The notes beneath the pieces were generated by a model, which was not told the DNA's origin, ran no database searches, and was given only the letters and a program-made list of their open reading frames with translations. Positions 50,123-60,323 of a stretch of 64,000 bases of DNA are shown piece by piece. Position 1 is the first letter of the stretch. Each line of letters starts with the position of its first letter. The stretch is from Minisyncoccota bacterium (lineage in GTDB: Bacteria > Patescibacteriota > Minisyncoccia > Phycocordibacterales > PALSA-1337). The stretch lies in the NCBI GenBank assembly GCA_041666915.1, contig JBAYFZ010000002.1, forward strand, positions 14,771-78,770, in the 5' to 3' direction. Position numbers and translations under genes: made by a program.

Positions 50123-50647
50123 ATGTCAATAATCAAACACAAAGAACAGCGCGTTGGTATTTTCATAGACGCACAAAATCTATATCATAGTGGTAAAAAT
50201 CTATATCACTCCAAAGTCAATTTTGGTCAAATAGTCAAAGACGCAATGGACGGACGCAAACTCGTTCGAGCCGTAGCTTACGTTATCGCTACAGAATCAG
50301 GTGAAGAAAACGCCTTTTTCGAGGCACTTACAAAGATGGGTATAGAAACCAAGGTCAAAGATCTCCAAGTCTTTAGTTCTGGAGCCAAGAAGGCCGACTG
50401 GGACGTTGGGCTTGCTATAGATGCAGTCAAACTATCACCAAAACTAGACTCAGTTATCCTTGTAACTGGTGACGGTGACTTCGTACCGCTCGTTGAATAC
50501 TTGCAAATGAACCAAGGTTGCCAAGTTGAAGTCGCTTCATTCGGTAAATCTACTTCTGCTAAGCTTATAGAAGCAGCAGATAACTTCATGGACCTAGATC
50601 AAGCTCCGAATAAGTATTTGCTAAGATCAGGAGGGAAGGGGAAATAA
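50123..50647 (+). CDS. NYN domain (LabA/DUF88) protein
   Basis: IFIDAQNLY, KADWDVGLAID, TGDGDFVPL. Confidence 0.93.
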   Translation: MSIIKHKEQRVGIFIDAQNLYHSGKNLYHSKVNFGQIVKDAMDGRKLVRAVAYVIATESGEENAFFEALTKMGIETKVKDLQVFSSGAKKADWDVGLAIDAVKLSPKLDSVILVTGDGDFVPLVEYLQMNQGCQVEVASFGKSTSAKLIEAADNFMDLDQAPNKYLLRSGGKGK

Positions 50648-50857
50648 TAAGATAAAAAATAAAACCTTACTTGTTGAACACAAGCCGACCGTGTTACATT
50701 TGATGTGTCCGAAGTACCTTTATTAATTATTACTGATCCCTAGATACACAGGTTTTCACGCAAGCAAAAATGCCTTGCAATCTGTAATCTAGGGGTGAGT
50801 CCTCTCGATGTTTCAAACATCCGCCAATTGGTGGAGCAGACACCGGGAACAAAACTT

Positions 50858-52999
50858 ATGAATAAAAAAGAATATTCTCTAGAGATCGGAGGAAAAACTC
50901 TCACAGCAGAGTTCAATGATCTTACTGACCAGACCAACGGGGCAGTTATGTTGCGTTACGGTAACACCGTAGTCTTGGCAACCGCTGTAATGGGTAAAAA
51001 TGCAAAAGATAGTGACTTCTTTCCATTGACAGTTGATTACGAGGAACGTTTTTACGCTACAGGCAAAATTCTAGGATCTAGATTTGTACGCAGAGAGGGA
51101 AGACCTTCTACAGAAGCTATCCTTTCCGGAAGAATCGTAGACCGCACTATCCGACCATTGTTTGACCAAAGAATGCGTCATGAAATCCAAGTTGTACTCA
51201 CAACTCTTTCAATAGACAAGGAAGATCCTGATGTAATATCAGTTATCGCCGCTTCTTTGGCTCTAAGCACCTCCAATATTCCATGGAATGGCCCTGCTTC
51301 TGCTGTAAGAATTAATAAGAAAAGCGATTTCATAATCAATCCAAATACCGAAGACCGTGAAAACCCTGAGGTTACTTTGGACATGATCGCTTGTGGTAAA
51401 GATGGAATGATCAATATGATAGAAGTTGGAAGTAAAGAAGTTAGTGAAGATACATTAAATAAAGGACTTACTCTAGCTTCAGCAGAAATTGAGAAGATTC
51501 AGGCTTGGCAGAAAAAGATAGCGTCTGAAATTGGAAAAAAGAAAACTGTAGTTGAATTGGCAGTTCCAACCGAAGGAACTCAGGAACTTTTTGATACTGA
51601 AATTGCTCCACTTTTGAAAAAATTCGTCTTCAGTGGCGAACCTGGAAAAGAAAAGATAGAGGAAATCACAAAGAAGTGGTTAACTCTATTTGCAGAAAAA
51701 TTCCCAGAAGGAAATGAGCCTATGGCATATGAAATATTTGAAGAAGCAGTCAACGACTTGCTACATTCCGAAGCAATTGATAACGACAAGCGTCCAGACG
51801 GTAGAACAATGGATGAAATCCGCCCATTATTGGCCAAAGCCGGTGGTATTTCCCCAATACTTCATGGAACAGGAACATTTTACCGAGGTGGTACACACGT
51901 CCTCTCTATTTTGACACTAGGTTCACCTGGTGACGCTCAAGTCATGGATAGCTTGGTTCCTCAGGAAAATAAAAGATTCATGCACCATTACAATTTCCCA
52001 CCATTTTCAACTGGTGAAGTAGGACGCATGGGTGGAACAAATAGGAGAATGATCGGTCACGGCGCTCTCGCAGAAAAAGCTTTGTCTGCAGTTATACCAG
52101 ATAAGGATAAGTTTCCTTATACTATCAGACTAGTGTCCGAAGCACTCGCTTCAAATGGTTCAACATCAATGGGTTCAGTTTGCGGATCTACAATAGCCCT
52201 CATGGATGGTGGTGTTCCTATCAAAGCTCCGGTTGCTGGTATCGCTTCAGGACTTATGATGCGTAGTCCAAAGGAATATAAGGTTTTGACTGATATCCAA
52301 GGACCAGAAGATCATCATGGTGATATGGATTTCAAAGTTGCTGGTACTAGAAATGGAGTTACAGCAGTACAAATGGATGTAAAGGTAGGTGGTATTCCTT
52401 TGAAAATACTTGCTGAAGCCTTTGAAAAAGCCAAGACCGCACGTTTCCAAATCCTTGATGTTATAGAAAAAGAAATTTCAACACCAAGAGCCAAGATTTC
52501 ACCAAACGCTCCCGAGATCATTGTTATGAAGATTAGACCAGATCAAATCGGACTAGTGATCGGTTCTGGCGGTAAAACTATCAACGAAATTCGTGACACT
52601 ACACTCGTAGAAGATATTACTATTGAAGATGACGGATCTATCTTTATCACAGGTAAAAATGAAACTGCTCAAAAAGCAAAAGATATCATATACGGCATGA
52701 CTCGTGAATATCTAGCCGGTGAAAAATTTGAAGGTGAAGTCGTTCGCCTTATGGACTTCGGCGCTTTCGTAAAGATTGGTCCTAATGCAGAAGGTCTGGT
52801 TCACGTTTCAGAAATAGCACCATTCCGAGTAGAAAGAGTTGAAACTTATCTCAAAGAAGGGGACAAAGTTCCTGTAGCGGTGAAAGAAGTAGATGAAAAA
52901 GGAAGAATCAATCTATCAATCAAAACTGCAAATCCAACATTCTTCACAAAAAAAGAAGAAGTCCCTAAACCAAAGACGGAATTTAAGAAAAGGTACTAG
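50858..52999 (+). CDS. pnp: Polyribonucleotide nucleotidyltransferase
   Basis: FFPLTVDYEER, RREGRP, HYNFPPFSTGE, GDMDFKVAG, KH and S1 domains. Confidence 0.98.
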   Translation: MNKKEYSLEIGGKTLTAEFNDLTDQTNGAVMLRYGNTVVLATAVMGKNAKDSDFFPLTVDYEERFYATGKILGSRFVRREGRPSTEAILSGRIVDRTIRPLFDQRMRHEIQVVLTTLSIDKEDPDVISVIAASLALSTSNIPWNGPASAVRINKKSDFIINPNTEDRENPEVTLDMIACGKDGMINMIEVGSKEVSEDTLNKGLTLASAEIEKIQAWQKKIASEIGKKKTVVELAVPTEGTQELFDTEIAPLLKKFVFSGEPGKEKIEEITKKWLTLFAEKFPEGNEPMAYEIFEEAVNDLLHSEAIDNDKRPDGRTMDEIRPLLAKAGGISPILHGTGTFYRGGTHVLSILTLGSPGDAQVMDSLVPQENKRFMHHYNFPPFSTGEVGRMGGTNRRMIGHGALAEKALSAVIPDKDKFPYTIRLVSEALASNGSTSMGSVCGSTIALMDGGVPIKAPVAGIASGLMMRSPKEYKVLTDIQGPEDHHGDMDFKVAGTRNGVTAVQMDVKVGGIPLKILAEAFEKAKTARFQILDVIEKEISTPRAKISPNAPEIIVMKIRPDQIGLVIGSGGKTINEIRDTTLVEDITIEDDGSIFITGKNETAQKAKDIIYGMTREYLAGEKFEGEVVRLMDFGAFVKIGPNAEGLVHVSEIAPFRVERVETYLKEGDKVPVAVKEVDEKGRINLSIKTANPTFFTKKEEVPKPKTEFKKRY

Positions 53000-53049
53000 T
53001 CAGATTTGTGAGGATTAGAGTTTCTCATAACTCTTGCTATAATAGAGAG

Positions 53050-54597
53050 ATGGATGATGATCTAATCAAACCAGCTCCTGTTCAAAATGTTCCAAATACT
53101 AGTCCTGCCGTAGAAGAACGTGAGGATGAAGCTACGAACGTACAAATGTTTGATATAACAGCGGACCTAAACATCTCACCCGCCAAAGATGATGTTGAAA
53201 ATCCTGCCCCCATATCACCACAGACAATTTCAGCGATCTCCACAGCTTCAATAAATACAGCCCGACCAATAAAAACAGAGATTCCAAAACCTATTCCAAT
53301 AAATATCCCAATAAGCACACCAAAGGTAGATCTAAAAAAGACGACTCTGGAAGAAGCTGTTTCAAAGATAACAATCCCAGGTACAAATCCTCCAACACCT
53401 GTAAGACCTGAACTTACCCCAAAACCACAGGCAACAACTTCTCAATACGGACCAGCAAACCCTCCTGCAAAGACTATAGGGTCTACAACTTTTTCCTTCA
53501 AACCAGTTGATCAAACAAAAAACATTCCTGCAAGACCAACTTCTTTACAAGAGGCGGTTTCATCTATAAGTCAATCAAATGAAGGTAAGACCATACCCAG
53601 TAAACCTGTAGAAATAAAAAATGGTCCGAATGTAAAACCAATACGAACATACGAGACTGATTTTGCTGAAGCAATGTCCAAGAGAAATCTATCAAAGGCT
53701 TCTTTTGCCATAGCTGAAGACAAAAAAGAAGAGGCTATAAAAAATGAAGTTGTAAGAAATGAGACAATCAAAGAAGACGATATAATCTCCAATGAAAATA
53801 TAGCGATTGCAGACCGTGTAAGGATGGTTGAACAAAAAGAACCATCCCATCTAATCAAAAACCTAATCCTAAGTATATTGAGTCTGATTTTGGTAGGAGG
53901 TGGAGCATATACTGCTTATTACTTTTATTCCAAGAGTCAATTATCTCTTGTAACTCCTCCTGTACCTGTAGCACAACCTCAATATTCCAGATCAATTATT
54001 AAATCTGACAGTCAAAGTATTATAAATATAGACAATCTGACTCAAGATCAGATAATATCTCGCATAAAAAAGGAAATAGACAAAACTCAAAAAGAAAATA
54101 GTATAAAAGAAATCCTCCTTACAAAAACACTAAACGATATAACCGAGAAAACTTCGGCCAAAAAGATACTTGAAATAGCAAGATTAACACCTCCAGATAT
54201 CTTCAGTAGATCACTTGGCACAGACTGGATGCTTGGTGTATACGCCAGCACTAATGGACAAAAAAATACTTTTGTAATAACGACAAACAACTTCTTCCAA
54301 AACACTTTCGCTGGAATAATTCAGTGGGAAAAGACTATGCCCGAAGATTTGGGACAATATCTATATCCAACATTTCCCAATAACGCTTCGTCTTCCGAAT
54401 TATCAAAGATAACATTACGTGGACAATACAAAGATCGTATTATAAAGAATAAAGATGTCCGTGAATATATAGCTGAAAATGGACACATTATCTTTCTATA
54501 TTCGTTCATAGACAACAATAAACTAGTCATAACGGATAGTGAAGAGACTTTACAAGAAATAATCTCAAGGCTTGAAAAAACAACACTTATAAGATAA
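53050..54597 (+). CDS. Membrane-anchored hypothetical protein with Pro-rich N-terminus
   Basis: Low-complexity N-terminus, one TM, C-terminal FAGIIQWE...DRIIKNKDVR. Confidence 0.75.
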   Translation: MDDDLIKPAPVQNVPNTSPAVEEREDEATNVQMFDITADLNISPAKDDVENPAPISPQTISAISTASINTARPIKTEIPKPIPINIPISTPKVDLKKTTLEEAVSKITIPGTNPPTPVRPELTPKPQATTSQYGPANPPAKTIGSTTFSFKPVDQTKNIPARPTSLQEAVSSISQSNEGKTIPSKPVEIKNGPNVKPIRTYETDFAEAMSKRNLSKASFAIAEDKKEEAIKNEVVRNETIKEDDIISNENIAIADRVRMVEQKEPSHLIKNLILSILSLILVGGGAYTAYYFYSKSQLSLVTPPVPVAQPQYSRSIIKSDSQSIINIDNLTQDQIISRIKKEIDKTQKENSIKEILLTKTLNDITEKTSAKKILEIARLTPPDIFSRSLGTDWMLGVYASTNGQKNTFVITTNNFFQNTFAGIIQWEKTMPEDLGQYLYPTFPNNASSSELSKITLRGQYKDRIIKNKDVREYIAENGHIIFLYSFIDNNKLVITDSEETLQEIISRLEKTTLIR

Positions 54598-54606
54598 TAT
54601 GAGGTT

Positions 54607-54969
54607 ATGAACAAAAGAGACTTGGAGCATTTCAAAACTAAATTATTAGAGGAAAAAAAGGATCTTGAAACCGAGCTTGGTGAAGTTGCCCAAAAAAATC
54701 CATCTTTAGCACAAGGTTGGGAAGCCACTTCAGGCAATATGGACGTTGACCCAGCCGATGAAAACGAGGTTGCAGACAAGTTTGAAGAATATGAAGGCAA
54801 CAAAGGTGTCATGGAAAAGCTAGAAAAACAGTTAAATGAAGTAAATTCTGCTTTAGAGAGGATTAACAATGGTAATTACGGTATATGTGAGGTTTGCAAA
54901 GAGCCCATAGAAAAAGAACGTCTAGAAGCAAACCCTTCTTCAAAAATTTCAATAAAACACAAGCACTAA
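54607..54969 (+). CDS. TraR/DksA family protein
   Basis: Acidic coiled-coil tip, ALERI..G.YGICEVC..I..ERLEANP. Confidence 0.88.
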   Translation: MNKRDLEHFKTKLLEEKKDLETELGEVAQKNPSLAQGWEATSGNMDVDPADENEVADKFEEYEGNKGVMEKLEKQLNEVNSALERINNGNYGICEVCKEPIEKERLEANPSSKISIKHKH

Positions 54970-55002
54970 CAGAAAAATCCCGAGATATTGTCTCGGGATT
55001 TT

Positions 55003-55058
55003 TCTTAATCATTTCTTTAACCTTTCTTAATCAGGATTTTAACTCGTATCTGTATGAT
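55003..55058 (+). promoter_or_regulatory. Competence-gene promoter box, copy 3
   Basis: TCTTAATCATTTCTTTAACCTTTCTTAATCAGGATTTTAACTCGTATCTGTATGAT, 6 nt before the comM ATG. Confidence 0.8.
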
Positions 55059-55064
55059 TATTAG

Positions 55065-56588
55065 ATGAGCTTAGCAAAAACATACAGCGCACAACTAATA
55101 GGACTCATGTCAGAAGTTGTGACAATAGAAGTAGACATTTCAAACGGTCTTCATTCATTTTCCGTAGTTGGACTCGGCGATAGGTCCGTAGAAGAATCAA
55201 AAGATCGTATATCTGCAGCTATAAAAAATAGCAACTTCAAATCTCCAAAGCAGAAAAACCAGAAAGTAGTCATATCACTAGCTCCAGCAGATATACACAA
55301 AGAAGGGCCTTCTTTTGATCTCGGCATGGCGATAGCTTATCTATCTGCATCAAAAGAGATAGATTTTTCTCCAGAAAATAAACTATTTTTAGGAGAATTA
55401 TCACTTGAAGGAAACTTGAGAAAAATCAGTGGTATATTACCGATTCTTTGCCAAGCAAAAGCCCAAGGTTTCACCGAAGCTTTCATTCCAAAAGACAATT
55501 CCGAAGAATCATCCTTGGCCCAAGGCATAACCACATATCCCGCCTCCACCTTAAATCAAATCATTGAACATCTTACTGGTATAAAAAATATAAAACCGAA
55601 TGAAACCATTTATTCAAATCCAGAAACATCTTCATCTTTTGGAACAAATATGAACAATGTTCGCGGTAACGAAACAGCCAAACGTGGTTTAGAAATAGCT
55701 GCAGCCGGTGCACACAATATCATCATGTGCGGTCCTCCAGGGACTGGCAAAACCATGCTTGCTCAATGTTTCACTTCAATATTACCGGATCTTTCGTACG
55801 AACAAGCAATAGAAGTCACTGGCATACACTCTACCGCTAGGACACTAGAACGAGGTTTGATATTCCGTCCACCATTTAGGTCGCCCCATCATACAGCCTC
55901 ATACCCATCTATTGTTGGTGGGGGAGGATTTCCAAAACCCGGCGAAATAACCTTAGCCCACAGAGGTGTATTATTTTTAGATGAATTTCCAGAATTTGAC
56001 CGCAGTGTCATAGAAGCTTTACGTCAACCATTGGAAGATAGGATGATAACCATTTCTAGAGCCAGAGGAGTAGTCACTTTCCCAGCACAATGTATCCTCA
56101 TTGCATCTATGAATCCTTGTCCTTGTGGAAAAGGTAGGCGCAATGGTTGTACCTGTACCCTAAAAGCCCTTGAAGCTTACAATAGAAAAATGTCCGGACC
56201 TATCATAGACCGACTAGATATATGGCTAAACGTTAGTAAAGTAGATTACAAACAACTTGGTGCCAAAGATTCGTCAGGAGAAAGTTCAGAAACTATAAAA
56301 GACCGAGTTATTGGAGCAAGAAAAATTCAAGAACAAAGATTTGCGTCCCACGGAATTCAAAAAGTCTTCAATGCCGAGATGAATGCTTTGGATATAGAAA
56401 AAATTGTTATTCTAGACGATGACGCTCGTATATTACTTACTTCATCAGCAGAAAAATTGGAACTTTCTGGTAGGGCTTTTCATAGGGTTATAAAGGTGGC
56501 ACAGACCATTGCTGATTTAGAAAAGAGCAGTTCAGTTAAAAAGCATCATATTTTGGAGGCACTGCAGTATAGGCAGAAAGTGGGGTGA
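55065..56588 (+). CDS. comM: ComM/YifB Mg-chelatase-like AAA+ ATPase
   Basis: GPPGTGKTM, PFRSPHHTAS, PGEITLAHRGVLFLDE, MNPCPCG. Confidence 0.95.
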   Translation: MSLAKTYSAQLIGLMSEVVTIEVDISNGLHSFSVVGLGDRSVEESKDRISAAIKNSNFKSPKQKNQKVVISLAPADIHKEGPSFDLGMAIAYLSASKEIDFSPENKLFLGELSLEGNLRKISGILPILCQAKAQGFTEAFIPKDNSEESSLAQGITTYPASTLNQIIEHLTGIKNIKPNETIYSNPETSSSFGTNMNNVRGNETAKRGLEIAAAGAHNIIMCGPPGTGKTMLAQCFTSILPDLSYEQAIEVTGIHSTARTLERGLIFRPPFRSPHHTASYPSIVGGGGFPKPGEITLAHRGVLFLDEFPEFDRSVIEALRQPLEDRMITISRARGVVTFPAQCILIASMNPCPCGKGRRNGCTCTLKALEAYNRKMSGPIIDRLDIWLNVSKVDYKQLGAKDSSGESSETIKDRVIGARKIQEQRFASHGIQKVFNAEMNALDIEKIVILDDDARILLTSSAEKLELSGRAFHRVIKVAQTIADLEKSSSVKKHHILEALQYRQKVG

Positions 56589-56768
56589 TTCCTGACAAGA
56601 CAGAATTGTCTTTTACAAACCCTGCGTATCCCGAGGAACTCCTCGCTCCTGCATTTCTCCTTACAATTTTTTTCGTGGCGCTTAATTATCTCTGGAAATG
56701 CTAGTTGCTCGTCGCTCGGGAGAAATACTCGGGTTTGAAAAAGACAATTCTGTCTTGTCAGGAATCAC
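56585..56768. repeat. Long palindromic intergenic element related to family B
   Basis: 30-bp perfect outer arms GTGATTCCTGACAAGACAGAATTGTCTTTT; AAACCCTGCG...CTCGGGTTT and CTCGCTCC motifs. Confidence 0.8.
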
Positions 56769-56787
56769 TAACAATGATTAGAAATTT

Positions 56788-57891
56788 TTAATTACATCTT
56801 CCGTCAACAAAAGGGTTCTTGGCACCACGGATTTCAAAGTGTAGATGAGGTCCAGTAGAAAAACCTGTATTACCACTATAACCAATGATTTGACCCTTTG
56901 AGACTTGCTCACCAGGACCAATAGGACTTCTAAGCATGTGGGAATACAAAGTCTGAGTTCCATTAGAATGAGAAATGACTATATAGTTTCCATAACCACC
57001 GTTCCAAGCACCATTTGATTTACTGATTATGACCGTACCAGCAGCAGAAGCACGCAAAGGTGTCCCTATAGGCGTAGCCATATCTACAGCATTACGTCCA
57101 TGCAACTCCTGACTCAATCTTCCACCAATAAGTGGGCAACTATAATATCCAGGATATGAAGGTAAGTTACTGACATTTCCTATGACTGGCTCATAAATAA
57201 GTTTTTGATTGATTGTTTTTGAAACAGTTGCAGACAATCCCATTTCAGCATCAGGAATAATTAAATTTTGACCAATAACAAGCTTGGATGACGCATCTAG
57301 ATCATTGTAACTATATATTTCACCAGCATCTGCATGATATTTATTTGCAATACCCAAGACAGTATCGTTCCTTTGAACCGTATACTTGATACCAGTAACA
57401 GGGAGGATTATGAGTATTTGACCAACTTTAAGAACAGATTTGCTTGTTAGATTATTTGCCCAAAGTATTGTATTGACCGAAACATTAAACATTTTTGCTA
57501 TTCCAGAATATGTATCGCCAGATCTAACATTATAAATACTTATTTTTGTAGAAGTATCCGTTGAAACACCATTTGTACTGGCTATATCCGCAACCAGAGT
57601 CTCTCCACCGACAACTGGTACCGTATCAAAAGATTTGTCTGGATTTGGATCAAAATTAACAGCAACAATAGGTAATGGCATGTTCTGTGAATTTACCGAT
57701 ACGTTTTTGGAGATTTTTGCAGAAGCTTCTTCACTTCCAAACATTGAACCTATAAAAGAAACGAGACCTGCATGGGCGGTCTCTGAGAAAGTAATGGTTA
57801 TAATAAATATAGAAACACAAATAGCAATCCAGTTTGCTAGACGCTTAAAAGTAAGGTTATATTTAGTTTGTTTGTGAGTATTTAATTTCAT
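56788..57891 (-). CDS. LysM plus M23 peptidase
   Basis: Two LysM repeats; H..VD, YSH, STGPHLHFE. Confidence 0.93.
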   Translation of the reverse strand: MKLNTHKQTKYNLTFKRLANWIAICVSIFIITITFSETAHAGLVSFIGSMFGSEEASAKISKNVSVNSQNMPLPIVAVNFDPNPDKSFDTVPVVGGETLVADIASTNGVSTDTSTKISIYNVRSGDTYSGIAKMFNVSVNTILWANNLTSKSVLKVGQILIILPVTGIKYTVQRNDTVLGIANKYHADAGEIYSYNDLDASSKLVIGQNLIIPDAEMGLSATVSKTINQKLIYEPVIGNVSNLPSYPGYYSCPLIGGRLSQELHGRNAVDMATPIGTPLRASAAGTVIISKSNGAWNGGYGNYIVISHSNGTQTLYSHMLRSPIGPGEQVSKGQIIGYSGNTGFSTGPHLHFEIRGAKNPFVDGRCN

Positions 57892-58100
57892 AACATATAG
57901 TTCGCGCTGGCAATAGTCCGTAAAGGTCTTTCTTTCGTTCGGTGTTGGTAACTTATATATTTATATGGCTCTACTTAGCCATAATTATTAAATCAAATTT
58001 CAAGTGACCTATCTAGACTAGCAAGAAGGAATTTATTGTCAATGATAGCTATACACAGTCATTTTAATTGATTAGGTGTCAAATAATGTGGTCGGAATCA

Positions 58101-58298
58101 GGTCAGAAAATAACAAAACATTCTTTTTGAAAACCTGCGAGACTCGCTCCGTTTACTTTCTAAGTAAAATGCTCAGGAATTACGGAGGACTAATCGTCCT
58201 CTCGTAATTCCAAGGACATTCGCATTTTACTAAGAAACTAAAACTGCGCTCAGACAAGTTCTCGGTTTTCAAAAAGAATGTTTTGTTATTTTCTGACC
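58101..58298. repeat. Palindromic intergenic repeat family B, copy 2
   Basis: Core matches 34541-34706; an extra third arm at 58324-58347. Confidence 0.9.
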
Positions 58299-58386
58299 CG
58301 ACTCCTCTCTAAAAGAGTGGTTTTCGCAGGTTTTCAAAAAGAATGTTCTGCCAGTTTTCAATCATCTCTGTGTTAAACTAACCTCC

Positions 58387-60321
58387 ATGTCATCATTAAA
58401 CGAAGCACAACAGAGAGCGGTGGATACAACCGATGGTCCTGTCCTTATTATCGCTGGAGCAGGTACAGGTAAAACCAAGGCTATAACCCACAGGATTTTA
58501 AACTTAATCAAAAAAGGTACTGCTCCACATTCTATACTTGCAATAACTTTCACCAATAAAGCGGCGACGGAAATGCGAGAAAGGGTGGGTATGCTTTTGA
58601 AAGAAGATTCCGGTCTAAACATCCCCGTTTCTATGAATGAACGCCCTTTTATTAGTACTTTTCACGCTCTTGGAGTACACATCATTCGAGAAAATGCTTC
58701 ATTACTGGGTTTGACTAGGCATTTCACAATATTTGATCGTAGCGATTCAAAGAGAGCTATCAAAGAATCCATGGAGCAAGTCTCCATTGATCCAAAGAAA
58801 TTTGACCCGGGAACAATATTGAACCTCATCTCCAGAGCCAAAGGAGAGGGGATAGGATATTTGGAATACTTGGATCATTCAAAAGATTTCATGGAAGAAA
58901 CTGTCGCTAGTATCTGGGAGAAATATGACGCTATTTTGGCCAAAGAAAAAGCTTTGGATTTTGATGACCTCCTCTTGAAGACTTCTTACTTGTTAGGAAA
59001 ATACGAGGCTGTACGCAAACACTATAGTTCTATCTGGAAATACATCCACGTTGACGAATATCAGGATACAAACCGTGTTCAATACAAAATAGTTAGACAT
59101 CTAGCTGAAGAACATCATAATCTTTGTGTCGTTGGTGATGCTGACCAAAATATTTACAGTTGGCGCGGTGCAACTATTGAAAATATTCTTAATTTTGAAA
59201 AAGATTATCCAGAATCTACAGTTATTACACTAGAAAAAAATTATCGTTCAACAAAAACTATTCTTTTGGCAGCAAATAACGTCATTGAAAAAAATCGTTT
59301 ACGTAAAAAGAAAACTCTATACACAGACAATGATTCTGGTGAGAAAATTTCTCTTTCAGTTTCATATACAGAAAATGATGAGGCTAGAAATATTGCCGAC
59401 ACAACAAGGTCACTCATAGAAGCCGGCACTCAGGCTCGTGATATTGCTGTACTTTATAGAACAAATTTCCAATCACGAGTATTGGAAGAATCATTTATAA
59501 AGAAAAATCTTCCTTACCAACTTATCGGCGTGCGATTTTTTGAGAGAAAAGAAATAAAAGATGTTCTTTCTTACATCAAAGCTTCTTTGAATAGAAGCAG
59601 TTGGAGCGATATAGGTAGGATCATCAACGTTCCTGTACGAGGCATAGGTAAAGCCACCGTAGCCAAAATCATGTCTGAAAGAGAAGATCTTTTGCCACCA
59701 GCCATGAAAATTAAAATTGCTAATTTTTGGAAACTCCTAGAAGATATCAAGCGCGAAATTATAGAAAAGAAACCTTCTGAATCAGTGAAATTTGTAATAC
59801 AAGAAACTGGTATAGAACGTTCACTTCGTGAAGGTGATGCCGAAGATGAAGAAAGACTTTTGAACATTAGAGAATTGGTAACAGTAGCTTCTAGCTACGA
59901 CCATTTACCTCCAGAGGAAGGAATAGAAGCGTTTCTAGCTAACGTTGCTCTAGCTACAGATCAGGATGAACTACAAAAAGATAACGATGCAGTAAAACTC
60001 ATGACGGTTCATGCTTCAAAAGGTTTGGAATTCAAATATGTTTTCATTGCAGGAATGGAACAAGAACTATTTCCTTTCAAACACCTAAAGGAAGAAAATA
60101 TTGACGAAGCCGAAGAGGAAGAAGAGAGGAGACTCTTTTATGTAGCTCTGACTAGAGCAAAAATGAAAGTGTATTTGAGTTATGCTATTATCCGAAGCAT
60201 ATATGGAGCTCAAAAAGTGAATACTCCATCAGAATTCATAGATGATATAGAAAAAAGTTTGATAGAAGAACAAACGGCAGAAAAACCAAGTGGTGCAAAA
60301 GCTTTATTTATTGATTTCTAA
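58387..60321 (+). CDS. pcrA: UvrD/PcrA helicase
   Basis: AGAGTGKT, TFTNKAA, VDEYQDTN, MTVHASKGLEF, EERRLFYVALTRA. Confidence 0.96.
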   Translation: MSSLNEAQQRAVDTTDGPVLIIAGAGTGKTKAITHRILNLIKKGTAPHSILAITFTNKAATEMRERVGMLLKEDSGLNIPVSMNERPFISTFHALGVHIIRENASLLGLTRHFTIFDRSDSKRAIKESMEQVSIDPKKFDPGTILNLISRAKGEGIGYLEYLDHSKDFMEETVASIWEKYDAILAKEKALDFDDLLLKTSYLLGKYEAVRKHYSSIWKYIHVDEYQDTNRVQYKIVRHLAEEHHNLCVVGDADQNIYSWRGATIENILNFEKDYPESTVITLEKNYRSTKTILLAANNVIEKNRLRKKKTLYTDNDSGEKISLSVSYTENDEARNIADTTRSLIEAGTQARDIAVLYRTNFQSRVLEESFIKKNLPYQLIGVRFFERKEIKDVLSYIKASLNRSSWSDIGRIINVPVRGIGKATVAKIMSEREDLLPPAMKIKIANFWKLLEDIKREIIEKKPSESVKFVIQETGIERSLREGDAEDEERLLNIRELVTVASSYDHLPPEEGIEAFLANVALATDQDELQKDNDAVKLMTVHASKGLEFKYVFIAGMEQELFPFKHLKEENIDEAEEEEERRLFYVALTRAKMKVYLSYAIIRSIYGAQKVNTPSEFIDDIEKSLIEEQTAEKPSGAKALFIDF

Positions 60322-60323
60322 TT

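Noticed and set aside
18509-58347. Repeats as CRISPR arrays
   Set aside because: The copies are dispersed, with no repeat-spacer periodicity and no cas genes
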